A stretch of DNA of 64,000 nucleotides from a virus: positions 32,001 through 96,000 of the IMG/VR virus record IMGVR_UViG_3300021519_000916, one strand, 5' to 3'. Under the pieces are notes generated by a model. The model ran no database searches and was not told where the DNA came from. It saw only the letters and a program-made list of their open reading frames with translations. The stretch's first letter is position 1. Each line of letters begins with the position of its first letter. Below are positions 47,193-56,172 of the stretch, in pieces. The position numbers were made by a program, and so were the translations under genes.

Positions 47193-48043
47193 TGGAATCC
47201 TCTGATATAAATTGGTTACATGTAGAGGCTAGTTCAAGGTGCAATGCATGGTGCCCGGCATGTCCACGTAACAAATCCGGTTACGGACTTGCTGATGGAC
47301 TAGTTGAAACAGACTTGACTGTAGACCAATTTAAATCAGTTCTGGCTACGTTACCCAATTTAACTAGTATACAATTTTGTGGTAATCATGGTGATCCAAT
47401 TATTTCAAAAAATATATTAGAATTGATTGACGTTGCAATAGATTATTCTAAACAAATACAGATACAAATACATACCAATGGCAGTTTACGTTCTAAGTCG
47501 TGGTGGGCTAATCTAGCAAATATGTTATCTAAGGTCAAACATGAAGTTTGGTTTGGATTAGATGGACTACTGGGTGTACATGAAATCTATCGGCAAGGAA
47601 CGTCGTTTAACAAAGTTATAGAAAATGCCACTAGCTTTATTGATAACGGAGGTTATGCTGTTTGGCAATTTATACCCTATGGGCATAATGAACATCAGAC
47701 TAAAGACTGTCATCGTATGAGTCAAAAATTAGGATTTAAAAAATTCCAATTGGCTAAACTACATCGTCGAAATACTGTTGCAAAACACTTTCAAACAGGC
47801 AATGAATTTATATTAGAAGCACCTAAACAATTTCAAGATATCATTCGTGTGGTTAAGGATTACAAAACGGTTGATGTTAAAAATTGTATGCATTTTTCAT
47901 ATCCAAGTGTGTATTTGTCGGCCCAGGGCAAACTTAGCACCTGTTGTTATCAATCTAAAAATAACGTTGACAATGTAAATGATTTGTTATATACTATGCA
48001 AGACTTATCAAATCGTATTTGTCTATATAGCTGTGGATCTTAA
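47192..48043 (+). CDS. Radical SAM protein with a C-terminal twitch/SPASM-like Cys motif
   Basis: CNAWCPAC, G..GDP, HTNG, LDG, C...G...CC...C...C. Confidence 0.88.
   Translation: MESSDINWLHVEASSRCNAWCPACPRNKSGYGLADGLVETDLTVDQFKSVLATLPNLTSIQFCGNHGDPIISKNILELIDVAIDYSKQIQIQIHTNGSLRSKSWWANLANMLSKVKHEVWFGLDGLLGVHEIYRQGTSFNKVIENATSFIDNGGYAVWQFIPYGHNEHQTKDCHRMSQKLGFKKFQLAKLHRRNTVAKHFQTGNEFILEAPKQFQDIIRVVKDYKTVDVKNCMHFSYPSVYLSAQGKLSTCCYQSKNNVDNVNDLLYTMQDLSNRICLYSCGS
47967..47995 (+). promoter_or_regulatory. Sigma70-type promoter inside the 3' end of the radical SAM gene
   Basis: TTGACA-17-TATACT. Confidence 0.65.
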
Positions 48044-48065
48044 TAAACGAATATAAAGAGGCCAA

Positions 48066-48338
48066 ATGAACAATAAGATTAAAGAAGCACTGGGAATACT
48101 CCAGGAAGAATGCGCCGAAGTTATTGTAGAAGTTAGTAAATGCAATCGCTTTGGTATGGATAGTAATCACTATAAAACTGGATTGAAGCATAGTATTATG
48201 CTTGAAACAGAAATTGGTGATATGTTAGCATTAGTTGATATCCTAATTGAGCAAGGCGTACTTGATGTAGATGGATTGGAAGTAGCCAAGGAAAATAAGA
48301 AGCAAAAACTTAAACAATGGTCAAGCATATATGAGTAA
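48066..48338 (+). CDS. MazG-like nucleotide pyrophosphatase
   Basis: LQEECAEV...SK..RFG, EIGD.L. Confidence 0.75.
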   Translation: MNNKIKEALGILQEECAEVIVEVSKCNRFGMDSNHYKTGLKHSIMLETEIGDMLALVDILIEQGVLDVDGLEVAKENKKQKLKQWSSIYE

Positions 48339-49191
48339 AATTAAAGTATCAGAACTATTTTATAGTTTACAAGGCGAAGGGCGATTTATCGGAGTACCAA
48401 GTGTATTCCTTAGAACCTATGGTTGTAATTTTACTTGTAGTGGGTTTGGTTGCAAGCCCGGGGAAAAATCAACTGAAGCAGATGAAGTTGCTAAAGTAGT
48501 TAACAAGTACGATACATTCTTGAGTTTGCCATTGGTTAATACTGGATGCGATAGCTATGCAAGTTGGCATCCAGGATTTAAACATCTCAGTCCAACTGTA
48601 ACAACAGAAGACCTAGTAAATCAAATGTTGGCGTTAACCCCAAATAATAAATGGGTGCAGAATAACGGCAATGATGTACATCTTGTTATAACAGGTGGTG
48701 AGCCATTGCTAGGTTGGCAACGTGCTTATCCAGAGTTATTGTCGCATCCTAAGATGGCCGATTTAAAGAACATCACATTTGAAACAAACGGCACCCAGGA
48801 ATTGCACGAAGACTTTAGGGACTACTTAATTGATTGGGCAGAAGGCCCCGGGCGAGAAGTTACGTTTAGTGTCAGTGCCAAGTTAAGTGCGTCAGGTGAA
48901 ACATGGGAAGATGCTATCAAGCCAAAGATTGTTAATATATATCAGACATATGGCCATGTTTATCTTAAGTTTGTTGTTGAAACACAAGACCATGTTAACG
49001 AAGCAGTCAAGGCAGTTGATGCCTTTAGACATGATGGATTTAAGGGTGTGGTATACTTAATGCCGCAAGGTGGAGTTGTTGACCCATACGAATCTAACAA
49101 ACTAAACATTGCCAATATTTGTGTTGAGCATGGATTTAACTATAGTCCAAGACTGCATGTTGATTTGTGGGGCAATGGTTGGGGTAAATGA
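48331..49191 (+). CDS. queE: 7-carboxy-7-deazaguanine synthase
   Basis: ELFYSLQGEG, FLRT.GCNFTC...CDS, VITGGEPL, FETNGT, PRLHV.LWG. Confidence 0.93.
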   Translation: MSKIKVSELFYSLQGEGRFIGVPSVFLRTYGCNFTCSGFGCKPGEKSTEADEVAKVVNKYDTFLSLPLVNTGCDSYASWHPGFKHLSPTVTTEDLVNQMLALTPNNKWVQNNGNDVHLVITGGEPLLGWQRAYPELLSHPKMADLKNITFETNGTQELHEDFRDYLIDWAEGPGREVTFSVSAKLSASGETWEDAIKPKIVNIYQTYGHVYLKFVVETQDHVNEAVKAVDAFRHDGFKGVVYLMPQGGVVDPYESNKLNIANICVEHGFNYSPRLHVDLWGNGWGK

Positions 49192-49457
49192 TGGGCGCAG
49201 GATATCACGGCAAAGTTCTATTGGCAAATGACCGATGGAATGACGAAGCATTCCATAGTCGTGCGTATTGGCGATTACGTTTTATGTGGCTTCCAAAACG
49301 TAGTGCTATAACTGGTCGTCGGCTATGGTTGCGTTTTGTATACGAAGGTACTGCAATGTGGGCAGGGCCCGGCGATCCTGTTTTTGAGTTTAGATACCAC
49401 GAGCCCACCGAACATATTATTTGGCAACTAAAAGGAAATTACAATGGGAATATTTGA
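49188..49457 (+). CDS. Hypothetical protein
   Basis: 89-aa Trp/Arg-rich ORF. Confidence 0.55.
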   Translation: MMGAGYHGKVLLANDRWNDEAFHSRAYWRLRFMWLPKRSAITGRRLWLRFVYEGTAMWAGPGDPVFEFRYHEPTEHIIWQLKGNYNGNI

Positions 49458-49833
49458 TCGATTTAAAAAGAAGCCAGCTATAGTCAAGATAACAGAAACA
49501 CCAAAGGCTAAAAAGTCTGCAAAAACAGACAAAGAAATTGCCACAGAAAAAGGATTGCCTTGGGTTGCTGTACTAAGTGTAGATCTTGATCCTGAAAATA
49601 TTGGCAATGGCGCATTTGAGCTAGATTGGAACGATAAGTTTATCACTAACTTAGTACGTGCTGGTTACGAAGGTAAATCAGATACCGACATGGTTGATCG
49701 TTGGTTTGCAGAAGTTTGCCGTAATGTAATTGCAGAAAATTACGAACAATGGGAAGCCAATCAACCAATGGATGCTAGACCAAGAATTATTGACCGCAAA
49801 GATATTGGCGGCGGAAAAACGGAGGTAAGTTAA
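49444..49833 (+). CDS. Hypothetical phage protein
   Basis: AAGGA SD; G.FELDWN..F...L..AGY. Confidence 0.7.
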   Translation: MGIFDRFKKKPAIVKITETPKAKKSAKTDKEIATEKGLPWVAVLSVDLDPENIGNGAFELDWNDKFITNLVRAGYEGKSDTDMVDRWFAEVCRNVIAENYEQWEANQPMDARPRIIDRKDIGGGKTEVS

Positions 49834-50021
49834 TGACTAATAAACCAGATACAACAACAGACGAAGCTCTTGCAACATTTTTAGCCAACGGCGGGGTTAT
49901 TCAACAAATTGAACGCAATGTTAGCGGACATGTTGAAGGACAAACATATTGGGGTATGCCAAAGAAAGCTGGTAGACCGCCAGCTGGTAATATCAATGAT
50001 AAGGCTCCCAAGGAAGAGTAA
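49833..50021 (+). CDS. Small hypothetical protein
   Basis: GGAGG SD; FLANGGVIQ motif. Confidence 0.65.
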   Translation: MTNKPDTTTDEALATFLANGGVIQQIERNVSGHVEGQTYWGMPKKAGRPPAGNINDKAPKEE

Positions 50022-50024
50022 GTA

Positions 50025-50756
50025 ATGATACTCTATGTAAATGGCGATAGCCATAGTGCCGGTGCAGAGGCTGTGAATAATTATGCATTTGCTGAAGATG
50101 ATCCGTTGTATTGGCGCTTGGGAAGACGGCCACATCCAGACAACGAACGAGTTAGTTACGGATGTGAACTAGCAAATATGCTTGGGTATGTATTCGTATG
50201 CGATGCAGAAAGCGCCAGCAGTAATACACGAATACTACGGACAACCAAAGAGTATCTTAAAACAAATAAGCCCGACTTGCTGGTAATAGGATGGTCTACT
50301 TGGGAACGAGAGGAGTGGCCACTAGACGATGTGTATTATCAAGTTACAGCAAGTGGTACTGATAGTGTACCGTTGGTATTTGCCGAACGGTATCGTGATT
50401 GGGTTATAGAACAAAACGAATGGTCTAGAGAAAATAAAATGTTAGACTGGCATAAAATCATTTATGAGCTACATTTAGAATTATCTTCAGCAAATATTAA
50501 GCATATATTTTTTAATACCTATTCTAACTTTTCAGCAATTAAAGATACCAGATTAAAGACAGAAAATTTAACTGCCGCTAATGCACAATGCCTTGATTGG
50601 AACAACTCGTATATCGGTCCATACGAACAAGAGTTGACATACTACAACTGGTTAAAGAAGTCTGGGTTTGTAACAGCATCACCAACAAGCTATCATTTTA
50701 AAGACGATGCTCATAGAGCATGGGCAAACTTATTATATGAATCACTGGGCTCATAA
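50025..50756 (+). CDS. SGNH hydrolase-like protein
   Basis: YVNGDSHSAG (GDS), SSN.RI.R, IGWS...R.E, H....AH..WA. Confidence 0.7.
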   Translation: MILYVNGDSHSAGAEAVNNYAFAEDDPLYWRLGRRPHPDNERVSYGCELANMLGYVFVCDAESASSNTRILRTTKEYLKTNKPDLLVIGWSTWEREEWPLDDVYYQVTASGTDSVPLVFAERYRDWVIEQNEWSRENKMLDWHKIIYELHLELSSANIKHIFFNTYSNFSAIKDTRLKTENLTAANAQCLDWNNSYIGPYEQELTYYNWLKKSGFVTASPTSYHFKDDAHRAWANLLYESLGS

Positions 50757-51429
50757 GCAACTACCGTTTAGTTGGCAACCAAAAGATATTACGTTGCAAT
50801 GGTCCGGGTCCGACCACGCCGATAGTCTATATAACAATTCACAAAAAGATGCGTGGAACAATATTGATATAAGTTATCAATATAATGCACAAGGATATCG
50901 CACCAAAGATTTAATTAGTATGTACGATAAGAAAGTAGACATAGCATTAGGTTGTAGTTTAACTGAGGGTATTGGTTTGCCTATTGGGGGTACATGGCCT
51001 AGTCTAGTAGAAGAAAGTCAAGATTACCCTATGTTAAATCTTGGAATTCAATGCGGAAGTACTGATACTGTTGCACGTATGTTGACTAACTGTATGGGAC
51101 TATTTGATATACAACAGGTATTCATACTATGGCCAGATTTTTCTAGGTTTGAAATTTATCATGAAGACCATGTGGAACCAGTGATTCCATCAACTGCTTC
51201 AACCAAACATGTTTGGTTTATGGATAAAGAAACTTCCCAAAATAGATTTTATAAAAACCAATTGCTCATACATTCAATGGGTGTTAATGTAGTTGAATTG
51301 ATTGCTGAAACGGTTTTTAACCCAAAATCTCGTGGTGCACCAGATAAAGCTCGAGATGGACAACATTATGGATATCAAAGTCAACGAATAGTGTCCTGGG
51401 AGTTCATTAAAGCATTGACAGCTAAATAA
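50737..51429 (+). CDS. SGNH hydrolase-like protein
   Basis: YNAQGYR, LGCSLTEGIG, W, NLG...S, ARDGQH.G. Confidence 0.65.
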   Translation: MNHWAHKQLPFSWQPKDITLQWSGSDHADSLYNNSQKDAWNNIDISYQYNAQGYRTKDLISMYDKKVDIALGCSLTEGIGLPIGGTWPSLVEESQDYPMLNLGIQCGSTDTVARMLTNCMGLFDIQQVFILWPDFSRFEIYHEDHVEPVIPSTASTKHVWFMDKETSQNRFYKNQLLIHSMGVNVVELIAETVFNPKSRGAPDKARDGQHYGYQSQRIVSWEFIKALTAK

Positions 51430-51443
51430 TAATATGCTACTAT
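51415..51443 (+). promoter_or_regulatory. Sigma70-type promoter with an embedded late box
   Basis: TTGACA-17-TACTAT, with CTAAATA in the spacer. Confidence 0.6.
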
Positions 51444-51450
51444 TACTACT

Positions 51451-52440
51451 ATGAGATACCTACTAGTTGATACCGCAAATACATTTTTTCGAGCAAGACA
51501 TGCCGCCCATCGTCAGAGTGACACCTGGGATAAATTAGGTTTTGCTATCCACGTCACACTTGCCAGCGTAGGCAAAGCGTGGCGGGAACAGAAAGCCGAC
51601 CATGTTGTATTCTGTTTAGAAGGGCGTAGCTGGCGCAAGGACTTTTACGAGCCCTATAAAAAGAATCGTGCTGTGGCACGTGCGGCACTTACTGAAAAAG
51701 AAGCAGAAGAAGATCAATTGTTTTGGGATTCGTTTGACGAACTTAAAACATTCTTAGTTGACAAGACCAACTGCACCGTACTTCAGCATAACGCATTAGA
51801 AGCAGATGATTTGATTGCTGGCTGGATACAAGCACACCCAAATGATCATCACACTATTGTTAGTAGTGATAGCGACTTTCATCAACTACTTGCAAACAAC
51901 GTAAAACAATATAATGGAATAGCAGATGAGCTACACACAATTGAAGGTATCTTTGACAAAAAGGGTGCCCCAGTCAAAGATAAAAAAACAAAGGAACCTA
52001 AAAAAATCCCAGAGCCAGCCTGGATCCTCTTTGAAAAATGTATGCGTGGCGACCCTTCGGACAACGTCTTTTCCGCTTATCCGGGTGTACGTACCAAAGG
52101 CAGTAAAAATAAAATTGGACTGGAAGAAGCGTTTAAAGACAGAGATTCAAAAGGCTTCAGTTGGAACAATCTAATGTTGCAACGCTGGACGGATCACAAC
52201 GGTCTAGAACATCGTGTGTTAGATGATTACAATCGCAATGTGCAGTTAGTTGACTTGTCGGCACAGCCAGATCATATTAAAGTAATGATTGCTGAATCTA
52301 TTGCTACAAATAGTGTTGTAAAGAATACTGCACAGATTGGCACTAAGTTTATGAAGTTCTGCGGCAAATACGAATTGAATCGCATTAGCGATAATATTCA
52401 AAACTATGTAGACTTTTTATCAGCAGGATATCCAGAATGA
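51451..52440 (+). CDS. rnh: T4 RNase H-like 5'-3' exonuclease/flap endonuclease
   Basis: LLVD..N, SWRK..Y..YK.NR, EADD.I, SSDSDF.QL, GDPSDNV. Confidence 0.9.
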   Translation: MRYLLVDTANTFFRARHAAHRQSDTWDKLGFAIHVTLASVGKAWREQKADHVVFCLEGRSWRKDFYEPYKKNRAVARAALTEKEAEEDQLFWDSFDELKTFLVDKTNCTVLQHNALEADDLIAGWIQAHPNDHHTIVSSDSDFHQLLANNVKQYNGIADELHTIEGIFDKKGAPVKDKKTKEPKKIPEPAWILFEKCMRGDPSDNVFSAYPGVRTKGSKNKIGLEEAFKDRDSKGFSWNNLMLQRWTDHNGLEHRVLDDYNRNVQLVDLSAQPDHIKVMIAESIATNSVVKNTAQIGTKFMKFCGKYELNRISDNIQNYVDFLSAGYPE

Positions 52441-52742
52441 GTACATACACACCAGACCGATGGGTAATTGTTGAATTTGATTACCAAGAAGAAAAACTAC
52501 GCAAGGTACTTGCAAGTTGGTATGGTGGATATCTTGGCAGCGATAGTTGGAAGCTGAGTTCCGGCATTACTGAAACTATCGAGCACGAAGACCGTTATGA
52601 ATTTACAAACTATTCCGGTAGTCTGTACGTTTGTCGTAAAGGCTCACACGGAATGAGTGTATATACTGCAAGCATATACGAAGGTTGGGTCCGGCAGTTA
52701 GAAGGATCCGGTGATACTATTACTTTGTTAGAGGGTGTATGA
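52437..52742 (+). CDS. Hypothetical phage protein
   Basis: YTPDRW...W.GGY..SDSWKLSSG pattern. Confidence 0.7.
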   Translation: MSTYTPDRWVIVEFDYQEEKLRKVLASWYGGYLGSDSWKLSSGITETIEHEDRYEFTNYSGSLYVCRKGSHGMSVYTASIYEGWVRQLEGSGDTITLLEGV

Positions 52743-52909
52743 AAGACCTAATGATACTTGGCGTGGTGTTTGGTGTTATCTGTGCATGTGTGTATGTATT
52801 ACCACCGCATGGTACAATTATATACAATTGTACTTGGTCTGAGATCAGTCCTGATATACCAATTGCAGTTAAAGAAGAATGTCGTAGACTTAGATCGGAA
52901 AAGAAATGA
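52739..52909 (+). CDS. Small membrane-anchored protein (56 aa, not in the ORF track)
   Basis: N-terminal TM then YNC..SEISPD.P..VKEECR; ATGA overlaps at both ends. Confidence 0.7.
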   Translation: MKDLMILGVVFGVICACVYVLPPHGTIIYNCTWSEISPDIPIAVKEECRRLRSEKK

Positions 52910-53160
52910 GCAAAGAAAAACATAAACCTTATCAATGGATTGATGGTGAAACTGCTGATCGTATTACCAGTCTAAATCTCAAAGACTATCGTGCGTATCT
53001 TAAAAAAGAATTAAAAGAATGGAAGAAGAACCCAAAGAGTGATGCTAACCCTAAGGGCAAATGGATGCATCCAGAAGATGTAGGCATCAATATGCAGACC
53101 ATTGCGGCTTTGGATTTAATCATTAGCCATTTTGTAGTAACAGAGGACGATATAAAATGA
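52906..53160 (+). CDS. Hypothetical protein
   Basis: 84-aa coupled ORF. Confidence 0.65.
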   Translation: MSKEKHKPYQWIDGETADRITSLNLKDYRAYLKKELKEWKKNPKSDANPKGKWMHPEDVGINMQTIAALDLIISHFVVTEDDIK

Positions 53161-53399
53161 CATTACCTGACGAGCGATATCGTGCTGTTCTTATGACACA
53201 AAAATTTCTATTAGAGATTTTAACTACGCCGCGTGTTCCTAAAGCCGTTAAAGATAAAGCAAGGTGGTGTTTACGCCATTATCCAAGCGAATGGGATATG
53301 CAACGAGCTGCTGAAGATGCATCAGATGTATTTGCAGTAAAAATGGAACCTGTTTACAGAATGATTAAACAGTACGAGCAGGACAAGGAACAAGAATGA
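53157..53399 (+). CDS. Hypothetical phage protein
   Basis: MTLPDERYRA...TPRVP...LRHYP. Confidence 0.7.
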   Translation: MTLPDERYRAVLMTQKFLLEILTTPRVPKAVKDKARWCLRHYPSEWDMQRAAEDASDVFAVKMEPVYRMIKQYEQDKEQE

Positions 53400-53992
53400 A
53401 ACAAACACTAGACAAATTGTTGTGCGAGAAGTATCCAAAGATGATGGTCAACCGTAACAAGCCCATGCAAGAAACTTGTATGTGTTGGGGCTTTGAATGT
53501 GGCGACGGTTGGTTCAATATCTTGGATCAGCTTATGGGCAATATACAACATCATATTGACTGGAAGGAGAAACAGCGCAAGTGGGCCATGGAATATAACG
53601 AAATGGCCGCACAGGCTAAAGCAGGTAACTTTGATTTGTTTGAAGAAAACATGAAAGATACTGTTAGTCTTGAGTATAAAGAAAAACGGCTTGGTGAGAT
53701 TGTTGCCGGGGACTTTAGACAAGTACCAGAGTCTATTCCACAAGTAACACTGGACCAAGTTAAAGAAAAGTTTGGTACACTGAGATTTTATTACTCGGGT
53801 GGGGATGAATACATCGACGGACTTGTTAGCATGGCAGAAAGTATGTCGGCTGTTACTTGTGAGGAATGTGGTAATCCTGGTACACAAACAAGTGGTGGTT
53901 GGATTAAAACTATCTGCGAGCCGTGTGTTGAAGAACATGCTAGAGTGCAAGAAGAAACGTTGGAAACTTATCGATCAAAAGGAGTTCTGTAA
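53396..53992 (+). CDS. Hypothetical phage protein with a Zn ribbon
   Basis: ECGDGW, QVKEKFGTLRFY, CEECG...C..C. Confidence 0.75.
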   Translation: MKQTLDKLLCEKYPKMMVNRNKPMQETCMCWGFECGDGWFNILDQLMGNIQHHIDWKEKQRKWAMEYNEMAAQAKAGNFDLFEENMKDTVSLEYKEKRLGEIVAGDFRQVPESIPQVTLDQVKEKFGTLRFYYSGGDEYIDGLVSMAESMSAVTCEECGNPGTQTSGGWIKTICEPCVEEHARVQEETLETYRSKGVL

Positions 53993-54354
53993 TGTCAACT
54001 GTAATAATTTTGTTGGCGCTATTTGGCATTAAACATTTTATTTGTGATTTTGTATTACAGTATCCGTATATGCTTGCGGAAAAAGGCACATATGGTGCGG
54101 CTGGTGGAATACATCATGCAGGATTTCATGCACTTGGCACTATGCTAGTTCTATTGATATGTGGCTTGGCCATAGTTGATGTTATTTTCTTATCGCTAGT
54201 TGATGGAGTGGCACATTATCACGTTGATTGGGTTAAGCAACAACTAAACAAGGGATTAACCCCAGCCGACAATAAGTTTTGGATTATATTAGGAGGAGAC
54301 CAAGCAATGCATTATTTAACATACGTCTTTATCATTGGGTTGATTGTAGCATGA
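53992..54354 (+). CDS. DUF3307-like membrane protein
   Basis: KHF..DF.LQ, H..H, HY..D..K, DQ..H. Confidence 0.8.
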   Translation: MSTVIILLALFGIKHFICDFVLQYPYMLAEKGTYGAAGGIHHAGFHALGTMLVLLICGLAIVDVIFLSLVDGVAHYHVDWVKQQLNKGLTPADNKFWIILGGDQAMHYLTYVFIIGLIVA

Positions 54355-54668
54355 GTTATTCTATTGCCAATGGTGGGACTCAGACTATAACTTTAGGAGG
54401 AGCCGGTGGTGGAGGTGGCGGAGGTGCTGGTGGGTTCTTTACCAATACCCCACAAATGCGTCAACCAACAACATCAATGTCTCTAGACCAAGACGGCATT
54501 AATCTTAAAATAGTCAAGGCCAGTGGCGGTTGGGTTGTACAGGTGTATCAGCTAAATGATAGTGTCTCCGGAGAATATAAAAAACCAGAGTTACACATTA
54601 TACCCGATGATGTAGATTTTGATAAAGAGTTAGGTAAGATTATAATGATGAGCTGTTTGAAAGGATAA
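54351..54668 (+). CDS. Hypothetical protein (paralog of 34989-35288) with a Gly tract
   Basis: ATGA overlap; shared C-terminal motif. Confidence 0.65.
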   Translation: MSYSIANGGTQTITLGGAGGGGGGGAGGFFTNTPQMRQPTTSMSLDQDGINLKIVKASGGWVVQVYQLNDSVSGEYKKPELHIIPDDVDFDKELGKIIMMSCLKG

Positions 54669-54669
54669 T

Positions 54670-55152
54670 ATGACAGAGACCATTGCAAGACCAGTAGTAA
54701 AAAATAAGTTTTGGATTGTAGAAGAGGGTGGCGAGAAGATTGCCACTATCCAAGCAATCGGAGAAGGCGGAGGATTTGTTTATGTACATAACAACGAACG
54801 TAAAATATATCCATCAATTAAACTCCTGAGTAAAGAGTGTAATGTCGAATTTGCCAAGGTTGAAAAACCCAAGAAGGACAAGGTTGAAGTAAACGAGGTA
54901 TACGGATATCCAACTACCAGCAGTCGAACGCATAACCAAGTGCTTGATGTTCAACGGTATTTGCCTATCTTTACAAAAACACCAAAGTCTAAAAGTTTCT
55001 TTTGTGCAGGACATTATATCATTAAATTTAGTAGCACTTGGGTACGTGCTTTTTGCCCAAAACTTATTACGTTAAATCGATATGAGTACCAAGGTCCGTT
55101 TAAAACACAGGAACGTATGCAAGAAGCGATGAAGGAAGCAAATGGCAACTGA
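54670..55152 (+). CDS. Hypothetical phage protein
   Basis: AAGGA SD; KSKS.FCAG.Y, CPKLITL.RY.Y.GPF. Confidence 0.7.
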   Translation: MTETIARPVVKNKFWIVEEGGEKIATIQAIGEGGGFVYVHNNERKIYPSIKLLSKECNVEFAKVEKPKKDKVEVNEVYGYPTTSSRTHNQVLDVQRYLPIFTKTPKSKSFFCAGHYIIKFSSTWVRAFCPKLITLNRYEYQGPFKTQERMQEAMKEANGN

Positions 55153-55360
55153 AAATTTGCCATTTCATATTAAACTCTTTAATGATAGGGTAAGGGGCAT
55201 GAATCAAAGTAACGGTAAGATTCTAACCTTAAACCAACAAGAAGCTCGTAGTTTACACGCCGAAATCTTTGATTTGATGGCCACAATTGCACATTTAAGC
55301 AAAGTGTCTGATACCTCACCAGTAGTAACTGCAAGCATGGATGGCGGGGCATTTAAGTAA
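55142..55360 (+). CDS. Hypothetical protein
   Basis: AAGGA SD; ends MDGG.F. Confidence 0.65.
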   Translation: MATENLPFHIKLFNDRVRGMNQSNGKILTLNQQEARSLHAEIFDLMATIAHLSKVSDTSPVVTASMDGGAFK

Positions 55361-55410
55361 ATATGCGTATATAACTTAGCTAAATAAACAGTATATCAAG
55401 GATTAATGAA

Positions 55411-55698
55411 ATGAGTCGACCTAAACCAACTGTGTTGTTGGACCACGTAAATAAAACTACCTATAAGAGTGAGCAGGTATTAAACTCTGAAGGTATCTGG
55501 GCGGTTTTCTATGACAAGTCTCCAATCAATTTAAAAACGCATAATATACTTGTGAGCTATCCAGGGCCTAAATATAAAAAAGTAAGTTTCTCTAATCCCG
55601 GACATGCAATTAACTTGGCCAAGAAACTAAACGTATTATTTAAGAGCGACAAGTTTAGCGTTGTGCTCTTACGTGCCGGTGACCAAATCTTCCCCTAA
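55411..55698 (+). CDS. Hypothetical phage protein (late promoter)
   Basis: CTAAATA at 55380-86, AAGGA SD; MSRPKP...GPKYKK.SFSNPGHA. Confidence 0.75.
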   Translation: MSRPKPTVLLDHVNKTTYKSEQVLNSEGIWAVFYDKSPINLKTHNILVSYPGPKYKKVSFSNPGHAINLAKKLNVLFKSDKFSVVLLRAGDQIFP

Positions 55699-56068
55699 GC
55701 GGCACACTCAACGTCAGCTTACAAAAATATTTTGTATCCAAGCTGAGATACCTATAGCAAAAATTTCAGAAATGCAAAGATCTTGGTGGACTAATCCCAC
55801 TGACTCTAATAGCCTACGACTAAGTTTAACTGGATTACAGTTTGTCAAGGCCAATCTTAAATTGCAAGGATACGAATTTCCATTAAATGATGAATTGACT
55901 AATTTTCATATCCTACAACTAGAACGATTATTCCAGGGTATGTATTATCTGCTTCGTAGACAAAAAATAATTCTATTTGAAGAAGAAGAAGCTGTGATGA
56001 TGGCGTTGTATGGAAACGATCTAAAAACTTACCTAACACATCTTGAACTAACTCAGCAGTCAAGTTAG
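55661..56068 (+). CDS. Hypothetical protein
   Basis: 135-aa ORF; start uncertain. Confidence 0.6.
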   Translation: MCSYVPVTKSSPKRHTQRQLTKIFCIQAEIPIAKISEMQRSWWTNPTDSNSLRLSLTGLQFVKANLKLQGYEFPLNDELTNFHILQLERLFQGMYYLLRRQKIILFEEEEAVMMALYGNDLKTYLTHLELTQQSS

Positions 56069-56108
56069 TACCTACTAACCTTTTGTTGTTTTATCGCAAC
56101 ATCCTTGG

Positions 56109-56138
56109 TTGACCCAAAAATACACTCCGCGCTATACT
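56109..56138 (+). promoter_or_regulatory. Early sigma70-type promoter
   Basis: GGTTGACC-18-TATACT, preceded by palindromes GTTAGTA-CC-TACTAAC and TGTTG-N8-CAACA. Confidence 0.6.
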
Positions 56139-56172
56139 AGTAGTTACGTTAATAACTACGATTGGATATTCT

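Noticed and set aside
53408-53950. 180-aa minus-strand ORF and the other short antisense ORFs in the track
   Set aside because: Fully nested opposite well-supported genes, with atypical composition and no translation signals
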